The notes under the pieces are model-generated. The model was given only the letters and a program-made list of their open reading frames with translations, made no database searches and had not been told where the DNA came from. A program made the position numbers and the translations under genes. Below, piece after piece: positions 1 to 9,353 of a stretch of 64,000 bases of DNA (the first letter of the stretch is position 1; the number at the start of each line of letters is the position of its first letter). This DNA is from Acidobacteriota bacterium (GTDB taxonomy: Bacteria > Acidobacteriota > Thermoanaerobaculia > Gp7-AA8): the NCBI GenBank assembly GCA_019244185.1, contig JAFATB010000010.1:1-64000 (forward strand), in the 5' to 3' direction.

Positions 1-137
1 GCGGAGATCGGTCCGCGAACCGGCGCCACCGGCTCCCCGATGTCGCCGCGGAGGAACGAGTAGAATCCGGCCCCGAAGATGGCGGTCGCGAAAAGCGCGG
101 TTGAGAGCGGTAGGTACCAGAGGAAAAAGCGGCGCAT
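1..137 (-). CDS. Partial gene (5' end only), N-terminal membrane anchor/signal sequence, unknown function
   Basis: Reverse strand reads MRRFFLWYLPLSTALFATAIFGAGFYSFLRGD... from the ATG at 137, open to the window edge. Confidence 0.55.
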   Translation of the reverse strand, partial: MRRFFLWYLPLSTALFATAIFGAGFYSFLRGDIGEPVAPVRGPIS

Positions 138-149
138 CACCACCAGTTT

Positions 150-878
150 ATGAGCGAACCGACCCTCCTCGCGCGCGATCTCCGAAAAGTCATCGGACCG
201 AAGACGATCGTCGACGGCGTTTCGCTCGACATTCCGGCCGGCGAGGTCTTCGGCTTCCTCGGCCCGAACGGCGCCGGCAAGACGACCACGATCCGCATCA
301 TCTCCGGCCTCTCGCTGCCGACCGAGGGACGTGTGCTCGTCGACGGCATCGACGTCGTGGCCGAGCCGGTGCGCGCGAAAGCGTCGATGGGTTACGTGCC
401 CGACCGCCCGTATCTCTACGAGAAACTGACCGGCCGCGAGCTGCTGCATTTCGTCGCCGATCTCTACCGCAAGGAATGGTACGCGTGCGAGCCGCGCGCG
501 GTGGAGCTGCTGCGCTGGTTCGGCCTCGGCGACTGGATCGATGCGCGGATCGAGAACCTCTCGCACGGCATGAAGCAGAAGCTCGTGCTCGTCTCCGCGC
601 TCGTGCACGATCCGGCGGTGCTCGTCATCGACGAGCCGATGGTCGGCCTCGACGCGCTCGCGCAGCGGCAGGTGCGCCAGCTTTTCCGCCGCCTCGCGGA
701 GGAAGGGAAGACCGTGCTGCTGACGACGCACACGCTCTCGGTGGCGGAGGCGGTGTGCGATCGCATCGCGATCATCAACCGCGGGAAGATCGTCGCCAGC
801 GGGAGCACCGCGGAGCTGAAGCGCGAGCATGCGCTCGAAGACGTCTTCCTCGAGCTGACGTATGAAGAGGAACAGTGA
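150..878 (+). CDS. ABC transporter ATP-binding protein (ABC-2/CcmA-like)
   Basis: Walker A GPNGAGKTT, signature LSHGMKQK, Walker B LVIDEP, H-loop. Confidence 0.93.
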   Translation: MSEPTLLARDLRKVIGPKTIVDGVSLDIPAGEVFGFLGPNGAGKTTTIRIISGLSLPTEGRVLVDGIDVVAEPVRAKASMGYVPDRPYLYEKLTGRELLHFVADLYRKEWYACEPRAVELLRWFGLGDWIDARIENLSHGMKQKLVLVSALVHDPAVLVIDEPMVGLDALAQRQVRQLFRRLAEEGKTVLLTTHTLSVAEAVCDRIAIINRGKIVASGSTAELKREHALEDVFLELTYEEEQ

Positions 879-1704
879 GCGGCTCGACGACCTGCGCGCG
901 CGGCTGCGCGAGGACGCGCTGGAGCGCGGGATCTCGCCGCGCGACGTCGACCTGCTGCTCAGCGATCTGCTCGAGAAGCCGATCGCGTTTCTGATCGCAT
1001 TCGGCGAGACGCGCGTCGATGCCGCGCCGGTCGAAGCGCTGCTCGCGCGCCGCTACGCGGGCGAGCCGCTGCAGTACATCCGCGGACGCACCGAGTTCTA
1101 CTCGCGCACCTTTCTCGTCGACACGCGCGTGCTCATTCCGCGTCCGGAGACGGAGCTGCTCGTCGAAGCCGCGCTCGAACGAGCGCCGCGCGGCGCACGC
1201 GTCGTCGACGTCGGCACCGGCAGCGGCTGCATCGCCATCACGATCGAGCGCGAGCGTCCCGACCTGCGCGTCTTTAGCGTCGACCGTTCCGTTGACGCGC
1301 TCGCGCTCGCGGCGGCGAATCGCGCGCGGCTCGAGTCGCGCGTCGCGCTCGCGACCTCCGATCTGCTCTCAGCGATCGACGGCACGTTCGCGCTGATCGT
1401 CTCGAATCCGCCGTATGTGCCGCTCGCCGAGTACGAGCAGCTCGACGATGAAGTGCGCATCCACGAGCCGCGCATGGCGCTGACGCCGGGACCACGCGGC
1501 ACGGAGCTCATCGAGCGTCTGCTCGACGAGGCGCGCTCGCGGCTCGCGCCGAATGGGCAAGTGATTCTCGAGGTCGGCTACGGCCAGGAGGCCGCGATCC
1601 GCGAGATTGCTGCTATGAAGCAGTACGCGGTCGATGCGTTCCTGCCCGACCTCGCCGGCATTCCGCGCGTCGTCGTATTATCGGCCGATGCCGAGCAACG
1701 CTGA
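862..1704 (+). CDS. prmC: Release factor glutamine methyltransferase HemK/PrmC
   Basis: GEPLQYI, VLIPRPETE, DVGTGSG, SNPPY motifs. Confidence 0.95.
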   Translation: MKRNSERLDDLRARLREDALERGISPRDVDLLLSDLLEKPIAFLIAFGETRVDAAPVEALLARRYAGEPLQYIRGRTEFYSRTFLVDTRVLIPRPETELLVEAALERAPRGARVVDVGTGSGCIAITIERERPDLRVFSVDRSVDALALAAANRARLESRVALATSDLLSAIDGTFALIVSNPPYVPLAEYEQLDDEVRIHEPRMALTPGPRGTELIERLLDEARSRLAPNGQVILEVGYGQEAAIREIAAMKQYAVDAFLPDLAGIPRVVVLSADAEQR

Positions 1705-2044
1705 TCTCTGCCTCTTCTGCCGCATCGCCAGCGGCGCGATTCCCGCGAAGAAAGTGCACGAAGACGCCGACGTCGTCGCGTTCCACGACATCAACCCGCA
1801 GGCGCCGACGCACGTGCTCGTCATCCCCCGCAAGCACATCTCCGCGCTCGACGAGCTGACCGACGCCGACGCCGCGACGATCGGCACGACCATCGTCCGC
1901 GCCACGGAGATCGCGCGCGAGCTGCACCTCGAGCAGGAAGGTTACCGCGTCGTGATCAACAACGGCGAAGGCGCGGGACAGACGGTCTTTCACATCCACG
2001 TGCACGTCCTCGGCGGACGCGCATTCACGTGGCCTCCCGGCTGA
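1688..2044 (+). CDS. HIT family nucleotide-binding protein (HinT-like)
   Basis: CLFCRI start, AFHDINPQAPTH, HIHVHVLGG triad, WPPG end; start placed at ATG 1688. Confidence 0.92.
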   Translation: MPSNADLCLFCRIASGAIPAKKVHEDADVVAFHDINPQAPTHVLVIPRKHISALDELTDADAATIGTTIVRATEIARELHLEQEGYRVVINNGEGAGQTVFHIHVHVLGGRAFTWPPG

Positions 2045-2060
2045 TGCGCCTGGCTTGATG

Positions 2061-3923
2061 TCAGGCCGGCGGCGGGACGCGGAAGCGCGTGCCGGAGAAC
2101 GTCACGCGCGCCGCTTTCTTGCGCGCGCCTTTGCGCTGCTGGAGGAAGTCTTCCTTCGTTTCCTTGAGCGTCGTCGGCACGTACGTCGCGCCGGCCGCGA
2201 GCGCCTTCGCGCGGTCGCGCGAGAACGCGGAGCCGCCCGCGACGATCGCGAGCTCGGGGAAGTTCATCGAGAGCAGTTGCAGCAGCGCGTAGCCCTGCTC
2301 CAGGTGATCGGGGTTCGTGCACGAGACGAACACCGCCTCCGGGCGCACTTCGTTGATGAAGGAGACGAGCTCCTGCTCGGGCAGATCGGTGAAGAAATCG
2401 GCCGAGTAGCCTTCGGAGCGGAGGAGCTGCGTGAGCATCAGCGTGCCGAGGGAAAGGCGCTCGCCCGCGGCGGACACGGCGACGATGTGACGCTCGGGAT
2501 CGGGCGTGCCGGCGTTGCGGTCGCCGAAGCGGATGATCAGCTCGCGCACGACGTCCTTGATGAAGTGATCGTTCGCCTGCGTGATGCGCTTGCGGTCGAG
2601 CTCTTCCTGCGCGAACGTCAGCGTCGGGATGAAGAGGTCGGTGAACATCTCTTCCATCGTCGAGGACTCCGCGTAGCGATCGGCGATTGCGATCGCGCCG
2701 GTGCGGTCGCGCAGCAGCAGGCGGTTGTAGAAGCTGAGGTAACCCTCGAGCGGATCCTCGCTGCCGAACATGATCGAGAAGATGCGCAGCGCGGGGATGA
2801 ACTCGCCGCCGACGGTGAGGCAGACCGTGATCGGCGTCGCCAGCAGCAGGCCGACGGGTCCCCACAACCAGCCCCAGAAAATCGCGGCGAGCAACAGCGC
2901 GACCGGCGAGACGCCGACGCGATGGCCGACCACGATCGGCTCGATGAAGCCGCCGATGAGTTGGTCGCTGACGAGGAACAACAGCAGCACGCCGAGCGCG
3001 GTGATCCAGTTCGGAAAGACGGCGAACGCGAGGAACGTCGGTGCGGCGGCGCTGAGCGCGGCGCCGATGTACGGCACGAAGCGCAGCAGTCCGGCGACGA
3101 CGCCCCACAACGCGGCGTGCGGCACGCGCAGCGCCCACAATCCAAGTCCGATCAGCAGGCCGAAGCCGATGTTGAGCAGCGCGATCGTCAGCAGATAGCG
3201 GCTGATGCGCTGCGAGGTCTCGCCGATCGCTTGCGTCGTGACGGTGAGATGCGCGCGGCCGGCCAGTCGCAAGAGCTTGTCGCGCAACTGCTCGCGGTCG
3301 CGCATGATGAAGAACACGACCACGATGATGAGGAACGCGGCGGCGACCGTCTCGACCGTCGGCGCGACCTCCTTGTAGCGCTGATTGATCGTCTTGCGCT
3401 CCGGGATCACGCGCACCTTGAGATCGGGGCGTTCCGGTTTGTCGCGGGCGTCGGCGACGCGCTGCAGCGTGCGCTCGACGAGATCGATCGTGCTGCCGCC
3501 GCGGCGGCGGAGAAAGCGCAGCTTCTCGTCGACGTTGCGGCTCGTCGCCGCCTTCGAGAACTCCAGCGCCACGGCGCTGAACTGCTGATAGATCCACCAG
3601 CCGCCGATGCCGAGCATCGAGGTGGTGATGCCGAGGGAGAGGACGATCGCGCCGGTGCGCTTGAGAAACGTGCGCTCGAGGCGCATCACGATCGGCGTGA
3701 GTAGGAACGCGAAGAGCACCGCCAGCGCGACCGGCACGGCCACCGGTTTCGCGAGGTGCAGCACAGCGATGGTGATGATCGAGCCGAAGAGAATGCGGAC
3801 GTTCGACTGGCGGCGGTCGGTGATGCGCTGGTCGAGCGCGTCGGGCCGCGAACGCGCCGCCGGACGCCGCATCGACAGCGTCTTGTCGAACCGGTCGGTA
3901 TCCTCTTCGTCGTAATAGGACAA
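2061..3923 (-). CDS. AI-2E (PerM) family transporter with C-terminal cobalamin-binding-like domain
   Basis: LLRFVPYIG, IEPIVVG, WGWLWGPVGLLLATP motifs; C-terminal helical cap plus Rossmann-like domain. Confidence 0.85.
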   Translation of the reverse strand: MSYYDEEDTDRFDKTLSMRRPAARSRPDALDQRITDRRQSNVRILFGSIITIAVLHLAKPVAVPVALAVLFAFLLTPIVMRLERTFLKRTGAIVLSLGITTSMLGIGGWWIYQQFSAVALEFSKAATSRNVDEKLRFLRRRGGSTIDLVERTLQRVADARDKPERPDLKVRVIPERKTINQRYKEVAPTVETVAAAFLIIVVVFFIMRDREQLRDKLLRLAGRAHLTVTTQAIGETSQRISRYLLTIALLNIGFGLLIGLGLWALRVPHAALWGVVAGLLRFVPYIGAALSAAAPTFLAFAVFPNWITALGVLLLFLVSDQLIGGFIEPIVVGHRVGVSPVALLLAAIFWGWLWGPVGLLLATPITVCLTVGGEFIPALRIFSIMFGSEDPLEGYLSFYNRLLLRDRTGAIAIADRYAESSTMEEMFTDLFIPTLTFAQEELDRKRITQANDHFIKDVVRELIIRFGDRNAGTPDPERHIVAVSAAGERLSLGTLMLTQLLRSEGYSADFFTDLPEQELVSFINEVRPEAVFVSCTNPDHLEQGYALLQLLSMNFPELAIVAGGSAFSRDRAKALAAGATYVPTTLKETKEDFLQQRKGARKKAARVTFSGTRFRVPPPA

Positions 3924-3970
3924 GGCGAAACGAGTCTACTGCAACGCCAGCGCCCGCCGCGCGTGCGCGC

Positions 3971-5485
3971 TTACCGCTTCCAGCGCAGAATCGGCTGACG
4001 CGCCGCGCGCGCCTCGTCGAGGCGGCGCACCGGCGTCGTATGCGGCGCGCTGCGCACGAGCTCCGGACGCTCTTCCGACTCGCGCGCGATGGCGATCATC
4101 GCCTCGCAGAACGCGTCGAGCTCTTCCCTCGGCTCCGATTCCGTCGGCTCGATCATCAACGCGCCGCTCACGATCAGCGGGAAGTAGATCGTCGGCGGAT
4201 GGAAGCCGTAATCCATCAGGCGCTTCGCGATGTCGAGCGTATGGACGTCGTGCGCGGTCTGCAGCTTGTCGGAGAAGACGACCTCGTGAAGCGTCGGCGC
4301 GTCGTACGGCAGGTGATAGTGATTGCGCAGCCGCGCGCGGATGTAGTTCGCGTTGAGTACGGCCAGCTGCGCGATGCGCCGCATGCCGGTCGGTCCCATC
4401 GAGCGCATGTACGTCAGCGCGCGCACGAGCACGTTGAAGTTGCCGTGGAACGCGCGCATGCGGCCGATCGAGTCGGGATGGTTGAAGTCGAGATAGAACG
4501 TCCCGTCCTCGCGGCGCTCGACCGTCGGCGTCGGAACGAAGTCGACGAGCTTCGCGCTCACGCCGACCGGACCCGCGCCCGGACCGCCGCCGCCGTGCGG
4601 CGTGGAGAACGTCTTGTGCAGGTTCGAGTGAATGACGTCGATGCCCATGTCGCCGGGCCGCGCGATGCCGACGAACGAGTTGAGATTCGCGCCGTCGCAG
4701 TAGAGATACGCGCCCTTCGCGTGAAGGATGTCCGCCATCGCGCGGATCTCGGACTCGAACACGCCGAGCGTGTTCGGTACCGTGACCATCAGCGCCGCGA
4801 CGTCCTCGTTGACGGCTGCTTCGAGTGTCGACAGCTCGACCGTGCCGCGGCTGTTCGACTTCAGCTCGCGGATTTCGTAGCCGGCGAACGCCGCCGACGC
4901 CGGGTTCGTGCCGTGCGCGGAGTCGGGGATGAGGATGTACTTGCGCGCGTTGCCGCTCTTCGCGAGCGCCTTGTGCACCATGAGGATGCCGGTCAGCTCG
5001 CCGTGCGCGCCGGCGACCGGCTGCAGCGTGACGCGCGGCATGCCGAAGATTTCCTTCAGCGTCTGCTCGATCGTCCAGAGCAGCTCGAGGTTGCCCTGCA
5101 CCTGATGCTCCGGCTGCAGCGGATGCGACAGCGCGAAGCCGGGCGTGCGCGCGATCTCTTCGTTGATGCGCGGGTTGTGCTTCATCGTGCACGAGCCGAG
5201 CGGATAGAGCCCCGCGTCGATCGAGACGTTCAGCTTCGAGAGGCGCGTGAAGTGGCGGATGACGTCGACTTCCGAGACTTCCACCTCGTCCGCGATCTCG
5301 TCGCGGCGCAGCGACGCGGGGAGCAGTTCGTCGAGCGACTGCTCCGGCACGTCGAGCGGCGGCAGTTGATACCCGCGGCGGCCGCGCTTCGAGCGTTCGA
5401 AGATCAGCGGTTCGGTGGAAGACTTTTGTGCGACGTCGCGCTGCGTCGTGGCCTCGTCGCTGTTCGTGATCGACGGCGTAGTCAT
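3971..5485 (-). CDS. gcvPB: Glycine dehydrogenase subunit 2
   Basis: YPLGSCTMKHNP, SAHGTNPASA, NLHKTFSTPHGGGGPG (PLP Lys); start at ATG 5485 overlapping the gcvPA stop. Confidence 0.96.
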   Translation of the reverse strand: MTTPSITNSDEATTQRDVAQKSSTEPLIFERSKRGRRGYQLPPLDVPEQSLDELLPASLRRDEIADEVEVSEVDVIRHFTRLSKLNVSIDAGLYPLGSCTMKHNPRINEEIARTPGFALSHPLQPEHQVQGNLELLWTIEQTLKEIFGMPRVTLQPVAGAHGELTGILMVHKALAKSGNARKYILIPDSAHGTNPASAAFAGYEIRELKSNSRGTVELSTLEAAVNEDVAALMVTVPNTLGVFESEIRAMADILHAKGAYLYCDGANLNSFVGIARPGDMGIDVIHSNLHKTFSTPHGGGGPGAGPVGVSAKLVDFVPTPTVERREDGTFYLDFNHPDSIGRMRAFHGNFNVLVRALTYMRSMGPTGMRRIAQLAVLNANYIRARLRNHYHLPYDAPTLHEVVFSDKLQTAHDVHTLDIAKRLMDYGFHPPTIYFPLIVSGALMIEPTESEPREELDAFCEAMIAIARESEERPELVRSAPHTTPVRRLDEARAARQPILRWKR

Positions 5486-6879
5486 CAGCGGCGCTCCCGG
5501 GAGATGGCCGCGCTCAGCGCGGCGGCGAAGTGTTCGATTTGTTCGCGCGTGTGCAGCTCGGTCACGGCGACGAGGAAGTCGCGCTCGTGGCCGTCGTAGA
5601 ACGTTCCGAGCGGAATGCCGCCGAGGATCTTCTCGTGCTCCAGATCGGCGAGGATCTCCTGCGCCGGGAACGGCGTCCGCACGACGAATTCGTTGTAGAC
5701 CGGGCCCGCGAACGGCAGCTCGATCGACTTGATCTTGTGCAGGATATTGCGCAGGCGTGCAGTCTTCTGCATGCACTGCAGCGCCACCTCGCGCAAGCCT
5801 TCCTTGCCGAGGAGCGAGAGGTACATGTTTGCAGCCAAAGCGATTAGCGCTTCGTTCGTGCAGATGTTCGATGTTGCCTTGGCCCTGCGGATATGTTGCT
5901 CACGCGTCGCCAGCGTCAGGACGTACGCACGCCGGCCGTCGACGTCGACGGTCTCGCCGACGAGGCGTCCCGGCATGTGGCGCTTGAGCGCGTCGCGCAC
6001 GACCATGAAGCCGACGTACGGACCGCCGAACTGCGTCGGGATCCCCCACGCCTGTCCTTCGCCGACGCAGATGTCGAAGCCGTGCGGTCCCGGCGGCGCG
6101 AGCACGCCCAGCGACGTCGCCTCGGCGATCACGGCGATGCGCGTGATGCCTTCGGTCGCCGCCGCTATCGCGTCGTAGTCTTCGACCACGCCGAGGAAGT
6201 TCGGCGACTGGATCGCCACCGCGAACGCGCCGTCGCACGCCGCGCGCAGCGCGTCGAGATCGACGCGGCCGTCTTCGCCCCAGCCGACTTCCACGAGCTC
6301 GATGCCGAGGTTCTGGATGTACGTCCGGACGGTTTGCGTGTACTGCGGATGGACGGATTTCGCGATGACCGCTTTGGTCTTGCCCTTCGTCAGCCGCTGC
6401 GCCATCAGCACCGCTTCACAAAGCGCGGTCGAGCCGTCGTAGAGCGACGCGTTGGCGACGTCGAGTCCCGTCAGCAGGCACTGGTGCGTCTGATATTCGA
6501 AGATCGACTGCAGCGTTCCCTGCGAGACCTCGGGCTGATACGGCGTGTACGCGGTGAGGAACTCCGCGCGCAGCAGCAGCTGATCGACGACCGCCGGCTG
6601 ATAGTGGGCATACGCGCCGCCGCCGAGGAACGAGACGTGATCCGCCGCGGTCTTGTTGCGGGCCGCGAGTCCGCGGAACCAGCGGCGCGACTCGACTTCC
6701 GACCACGGTCCCGGCAGATCGAGCAGCCGGTCGAGCTTCACGTCGTCCGGGATCGTGTCGAAGAGCCGGTCGATCGAGTCGATCCCGACGACTTCCAGCA
6801 TCTCGCGGATGTCTTCACCCGCGTTCGGGATGTAGCGGTGGGAGGAGTGGGGATCGGTAGGGTCGGGGAGGTTGCTCAT
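5485..6879 (-). CDS. gcvPA: Glycine dehydrogenase subunit 1
   Basis: EFLTAYTPYQPEVSQG, NASLYDG, REQHIRRAKATSNICTN. Confidence 0.96.
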   Translation of the reverse strand: MSNLPDPTDPHSSHRYIPNAGEDIREMLEVVGIDSIDRLFDTIPDDVKLDRLLDLPGPWSEVESRRWFRGLAARNKTAADHVSFLGGGAYAHYQPAVVDQLLLRAEFLTAYTPYQPEVSQGTLQSIFEYQTHQCLLTGLDVANASLYDGSTALCEAVLMAQRLTKGKTKAVIAKSVHPQYTQTVRTYIQNLGIELVEVGWGEDGRVDLDALRAACDGAFAVAIQSPNFLGVVEDYDAIAAATEGITRIAVIAEATSLGVLAPPGPHGFDICVGEGQAWGIPTQFGGPYVGFMVVRDALKRHMPGRLVGETVDVDGRRAYVLTLATREQHIRRAKATSNICTNEALIALAANMYLSLLGKEGLREVALQCMQKTARLRNILHKIKSIELPFAGPVYNEFVVRTPFPAQEILADLEHEKILGGIPLGTFYDGHERDFLVAVTELHTREQIEHFAAALSAAISRERR

Positions 6880-6894
6880 TGAGAGCCGGCCACG

Positions 6895-7290
6895 TCAGTG
6901 GCCCTCTTCCTTTTCGATGTACTCCTCGTACTCTTCCGCGTTCATCAGCTCGTCGAGCTCGGTCGGGTCGCTCATGCGGATGCGGATCATCCAGCCGTCG
7001 CCGTACGGGTCGGTGTTGACGAGGGCGGGGTTGTCGTTGAGCGCTTCGTTGATCTCGACGACTTCACCGCTGACGGGCGCGAAGAGCTCGGAGACGGCCT
7101 TCACGGATTCGATGCTGCCCAGTTCTTCGTTCGCGTCGAGCTGCGTGCCGACCTGCGGGAGCTCGACGAAGACGACGTCGCCGAGCTGCGCCTGCGCGTA
7201 GTCGGTGATGCCGATCGTCGCGACGTCGCTTTCGGCGTGCGCATACTCGTGGCTTTTCGCGTACTTGTTGTCTTCAGGGATCGACGACAT
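6895..7290 (-). CDS. gcvH: Glycine cleavage system H protein
   Basis: GITDYAQAQLGDVVFVELP, ESVKAVSE lipoyl-Lys, DPYGDGW. Confidence 0.97.
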   Translation of the reverse strand: MSSIPEDNKYAKSHEYAHAESDVATIGITDYAQAQLGDVVFVELPQVGTQLDANEELGSIESVKAVSELFAPVSGEVVEINEALNDNPALVNTDPYGDGWMIRIRMSDPTELDELMNAEEYEEYIEKEEGH

Positions 7291-7300
7291 GAAGGTCCCC

Positions 7301-8392
7301 CTACTTTGCGCGTTTGTAGAACGGCGTTGGAATGACTCGGGCCCGCGTTTCTTTGCCGCGGATCAGGACGGTGAATTCGGTGCCCTGGGCCGACTGGTCG
7401 AGCGGAAGATATGCGAGACCGATCGCTTTTTTCAACGTCGGCGAATGCGTGCCGCTGGTGACGACGCCGACTTCCTCGGAGCCGTTCACGATCGGGTAGC
7501 CGTGGCGCGCGATGCCGCGGTCGACCATCTCGAATCCGACGAGCTTCCGCCGCGGTCCTTCCGCCTTCTCGCGTTCGAGGACGTCGCGTCCGGCGAAGTC
7601 GCCTTTCTCGATCTTCACGATCCAGCCGAGGTCGGCCTCGATCGGCGTCGTGGTGTGATCGATGTCGTTGCCGTAGAGCGCCATCTTCGCCTCGAGGCGC
7701 AGCGTGTCGCGCGCGCCGAGGCCGCACGGTTTGACGCCGGCGTCGACGAGCTTCTGCAGGAGTCGCGGCGCGTGCTCCGGCGCGAGGTAGACCTCGAAAC
7801 CGTCTTCGCCGGTGTAGCCGGTGCGCGAGACGATGGCCGGCGCGCCGTCGACGTTGCCCTGCGCGAAGCGGTAGTACTTGATCGACGCGAGCGGAACGTC
7901 CGTCAGCGACTGCAGCACGCGCTCGGCGTCGGGACCCTGCACGGCGAGCTGCGCGTACTGCGTGCTGACGTTGTTGACCTCGACGTCGAACGACTTCGCC
8001 TGCTCGGCGAGCCACTCGTAGTCCTTGTCCGTGTTCGACGCATTGACGACGACGAAGTAGTCGTCGTTGGCGATGCGATAGATGAGGATGTCGTCGACGA
8101 AGCCGCCGGTCGGATAGAGCAGGCCGTTGTAATGCGCGCGGCCGTCTTCGAGCTTCGCGACGTCGTTGCACGTCGAGCGTTGCAGGAGCTCCAGCGCCTG
8201 CGGGCCGCGCACGGTGAGCTCGCCCATGTGCGAGACGTCGAAGACGCCGCCGCGCGTGCGCACGGCTTCGTGCTCGTCGAGGATCCCGCTGTACTGCACG
8301 GGCAACTCCCAGCCGCCGAAGTCGACCATCTTCCCGCCGAGGGACTTGTGCAGCTCGTTGAGCGGAGTTTTCTTCAGCGTCTCGTCGGCCAT
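7301..8392 (-). CDS. gcvT: Glycine cleavage system aminomethyltransferase T
   Basis: FDVSHMG, SRTGYTGEDGFE, GLGARDTLRLEA. Confidence 0.97.
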   Translation of the reverse strand: MADETLKKTPLNELHKSLGGKMVDFGGWELPVQYSGILDEHEAVRTRGGVFDVSHMGELTVRGPQALELLQRSTCNDVAKLEDGRAHYNGLLYPTGGFVDDILIYRIANDDYFVVVNASNTDKDYEWLAEQAKSFDVEVNNVSTQYAQLAVQGPDAERVLQSLTDVPLASIKYYRFAQGNVDGAPAIVSRTGYTGEDGFEVYLAPEHAPRLLQKLVDAGVKPCGLGARDTLRLEAKMALYGNDIDHTTTPIEADLGWIVKIEKGDFAGRDVLEREKAEGPRRKLVGFEMVDRGIARHGYPIVNGSEEVGVVTSGTHSPTLKKAIGLAYLPLDQSAQGTEFTVLIRGKETRARVIPTPFYKRAK

Positions 8393-8427
8393 GGCGGCGC
8401 AACGCTAACACATTAGAATCGTTCGCG

Positions 8428-9330
8428 GTGACCAACGAGATCGGCTCTTTCCTCGACTACCTGACGTACGAGCGGAACGTCTCGCCGAACACGATTTCCG
8501 CGTATCGCGACGATCTCGAATCGTTCGTCTCCTTCCTCTGCAACGACTACTTCACGATGGGCCGCGATCAGCTCGACTTAGGCCGCGTCGATCACCTGAC
8601 CGTCCGCTCGTATCTCGCGCATCTCGCGCGCCGCAAGCTCGCGCGGACGTCGATCGCGCGCCACCTCTCCGCGCTGCGCTCGTTCTTCAAGTTCCTCGTG
8701 CGCGACGGCAGCGTCGCCGCGAATCCCGCGCGCGCCGTCGCGACGCCGAAGAAGGAGAAGCATCTGCCCGTGGTCATGCAGCCGTCCGACGTCGCGCTGC
8801 TGCTCGAACAGCCGGACGCGTCGATGCCCCTCGGCGCGCGCGACGCGGCATACCTCGAGCTGCTCTACGCGTCCGGTCTGCGCATCAGCGAGCTGACCGG
8901 CATCGACATCGACGATCTCGAACTGCGCGCGCGTCTGGTGAAGGTGCACGGCAAAGGCTCGAAAGAGCGCATCGTTCCGTTCGGCACGAAGGCGGAAGCG
9001 GCGCTGCGCGCGTGGCTCGCCGTGCGCGGCGATCTCGTGCACGATCCGGAAGAGCAGGCCGTGTTCGTCAACTATCGCGGCCAGCGCATCACCACGCGCA
9101 GCGTGCGTCGGCTCTTCGACGGCTACGTCCGCGCGGCCGCATTGCAGAGCGGCGTCTCGCCGCACACGCTGCGGCATTCGTTCGCGACGCATCTCCTGAA
9201 CGCCGGCGCCGACCTGCGCGGAATTCAGGAACTGCTCGGGCACTCGTCGCTGTCGACGACCCAGAAGTACACGCATCTCAACGACTGGCAGTTGATGGCT
9301 GTTTACAAGAAGGCACATCCGCGCGCCTGA
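8428..9330 (+). CDS. xerC: Tyrosine recombinase XerC
   Basis: LYASGLRISEL, GKGSKER, HTLRHSFATHLL, LLGH..LSTTQKY catalytic residues; 300 aa, no mobile-element context. Confidence 0.88.
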   Translation: MTNEIGSFLDYLTYERNVSPNTISAYRDDLESFVSFLCNDYFTMGRDQLDLGRVDHLTVRSYLAHLARRKLARTSIARHLSALRSFFKFLVRDGSVAANPARAVATPKKEKHLPVVMQPSDVALLLEQPDASMPLGARDAAYLELLYASGLRISELTGIDIDDLELRARLVKVHGKGSKERIVPFGTKAEAALRAWLAVRGDLVHDPEEQAVFVNYRGQRITTRSVRRLFDGYVRAAALQSGVSPHTLRHSFATHLLNAGADLRGIQELLGHSSLSTTQKYTHLNDWQLMAVYKKAHPRA

Positions 9331-9353
9331 CTCGCGGCCATAGAATCGAGCGC

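Noticed and set aside
8393-8427. Glycine riboswitch upstream of gcvT
   Set aside because: Only 35 bp separate gcvT from the divergent xerC; no room and no motif
8428-9330. Integrase marking a genomic island
   Set aside because: Size and motifs fit housekeeping XerC; no att repeats, tRNA or composition shift seen
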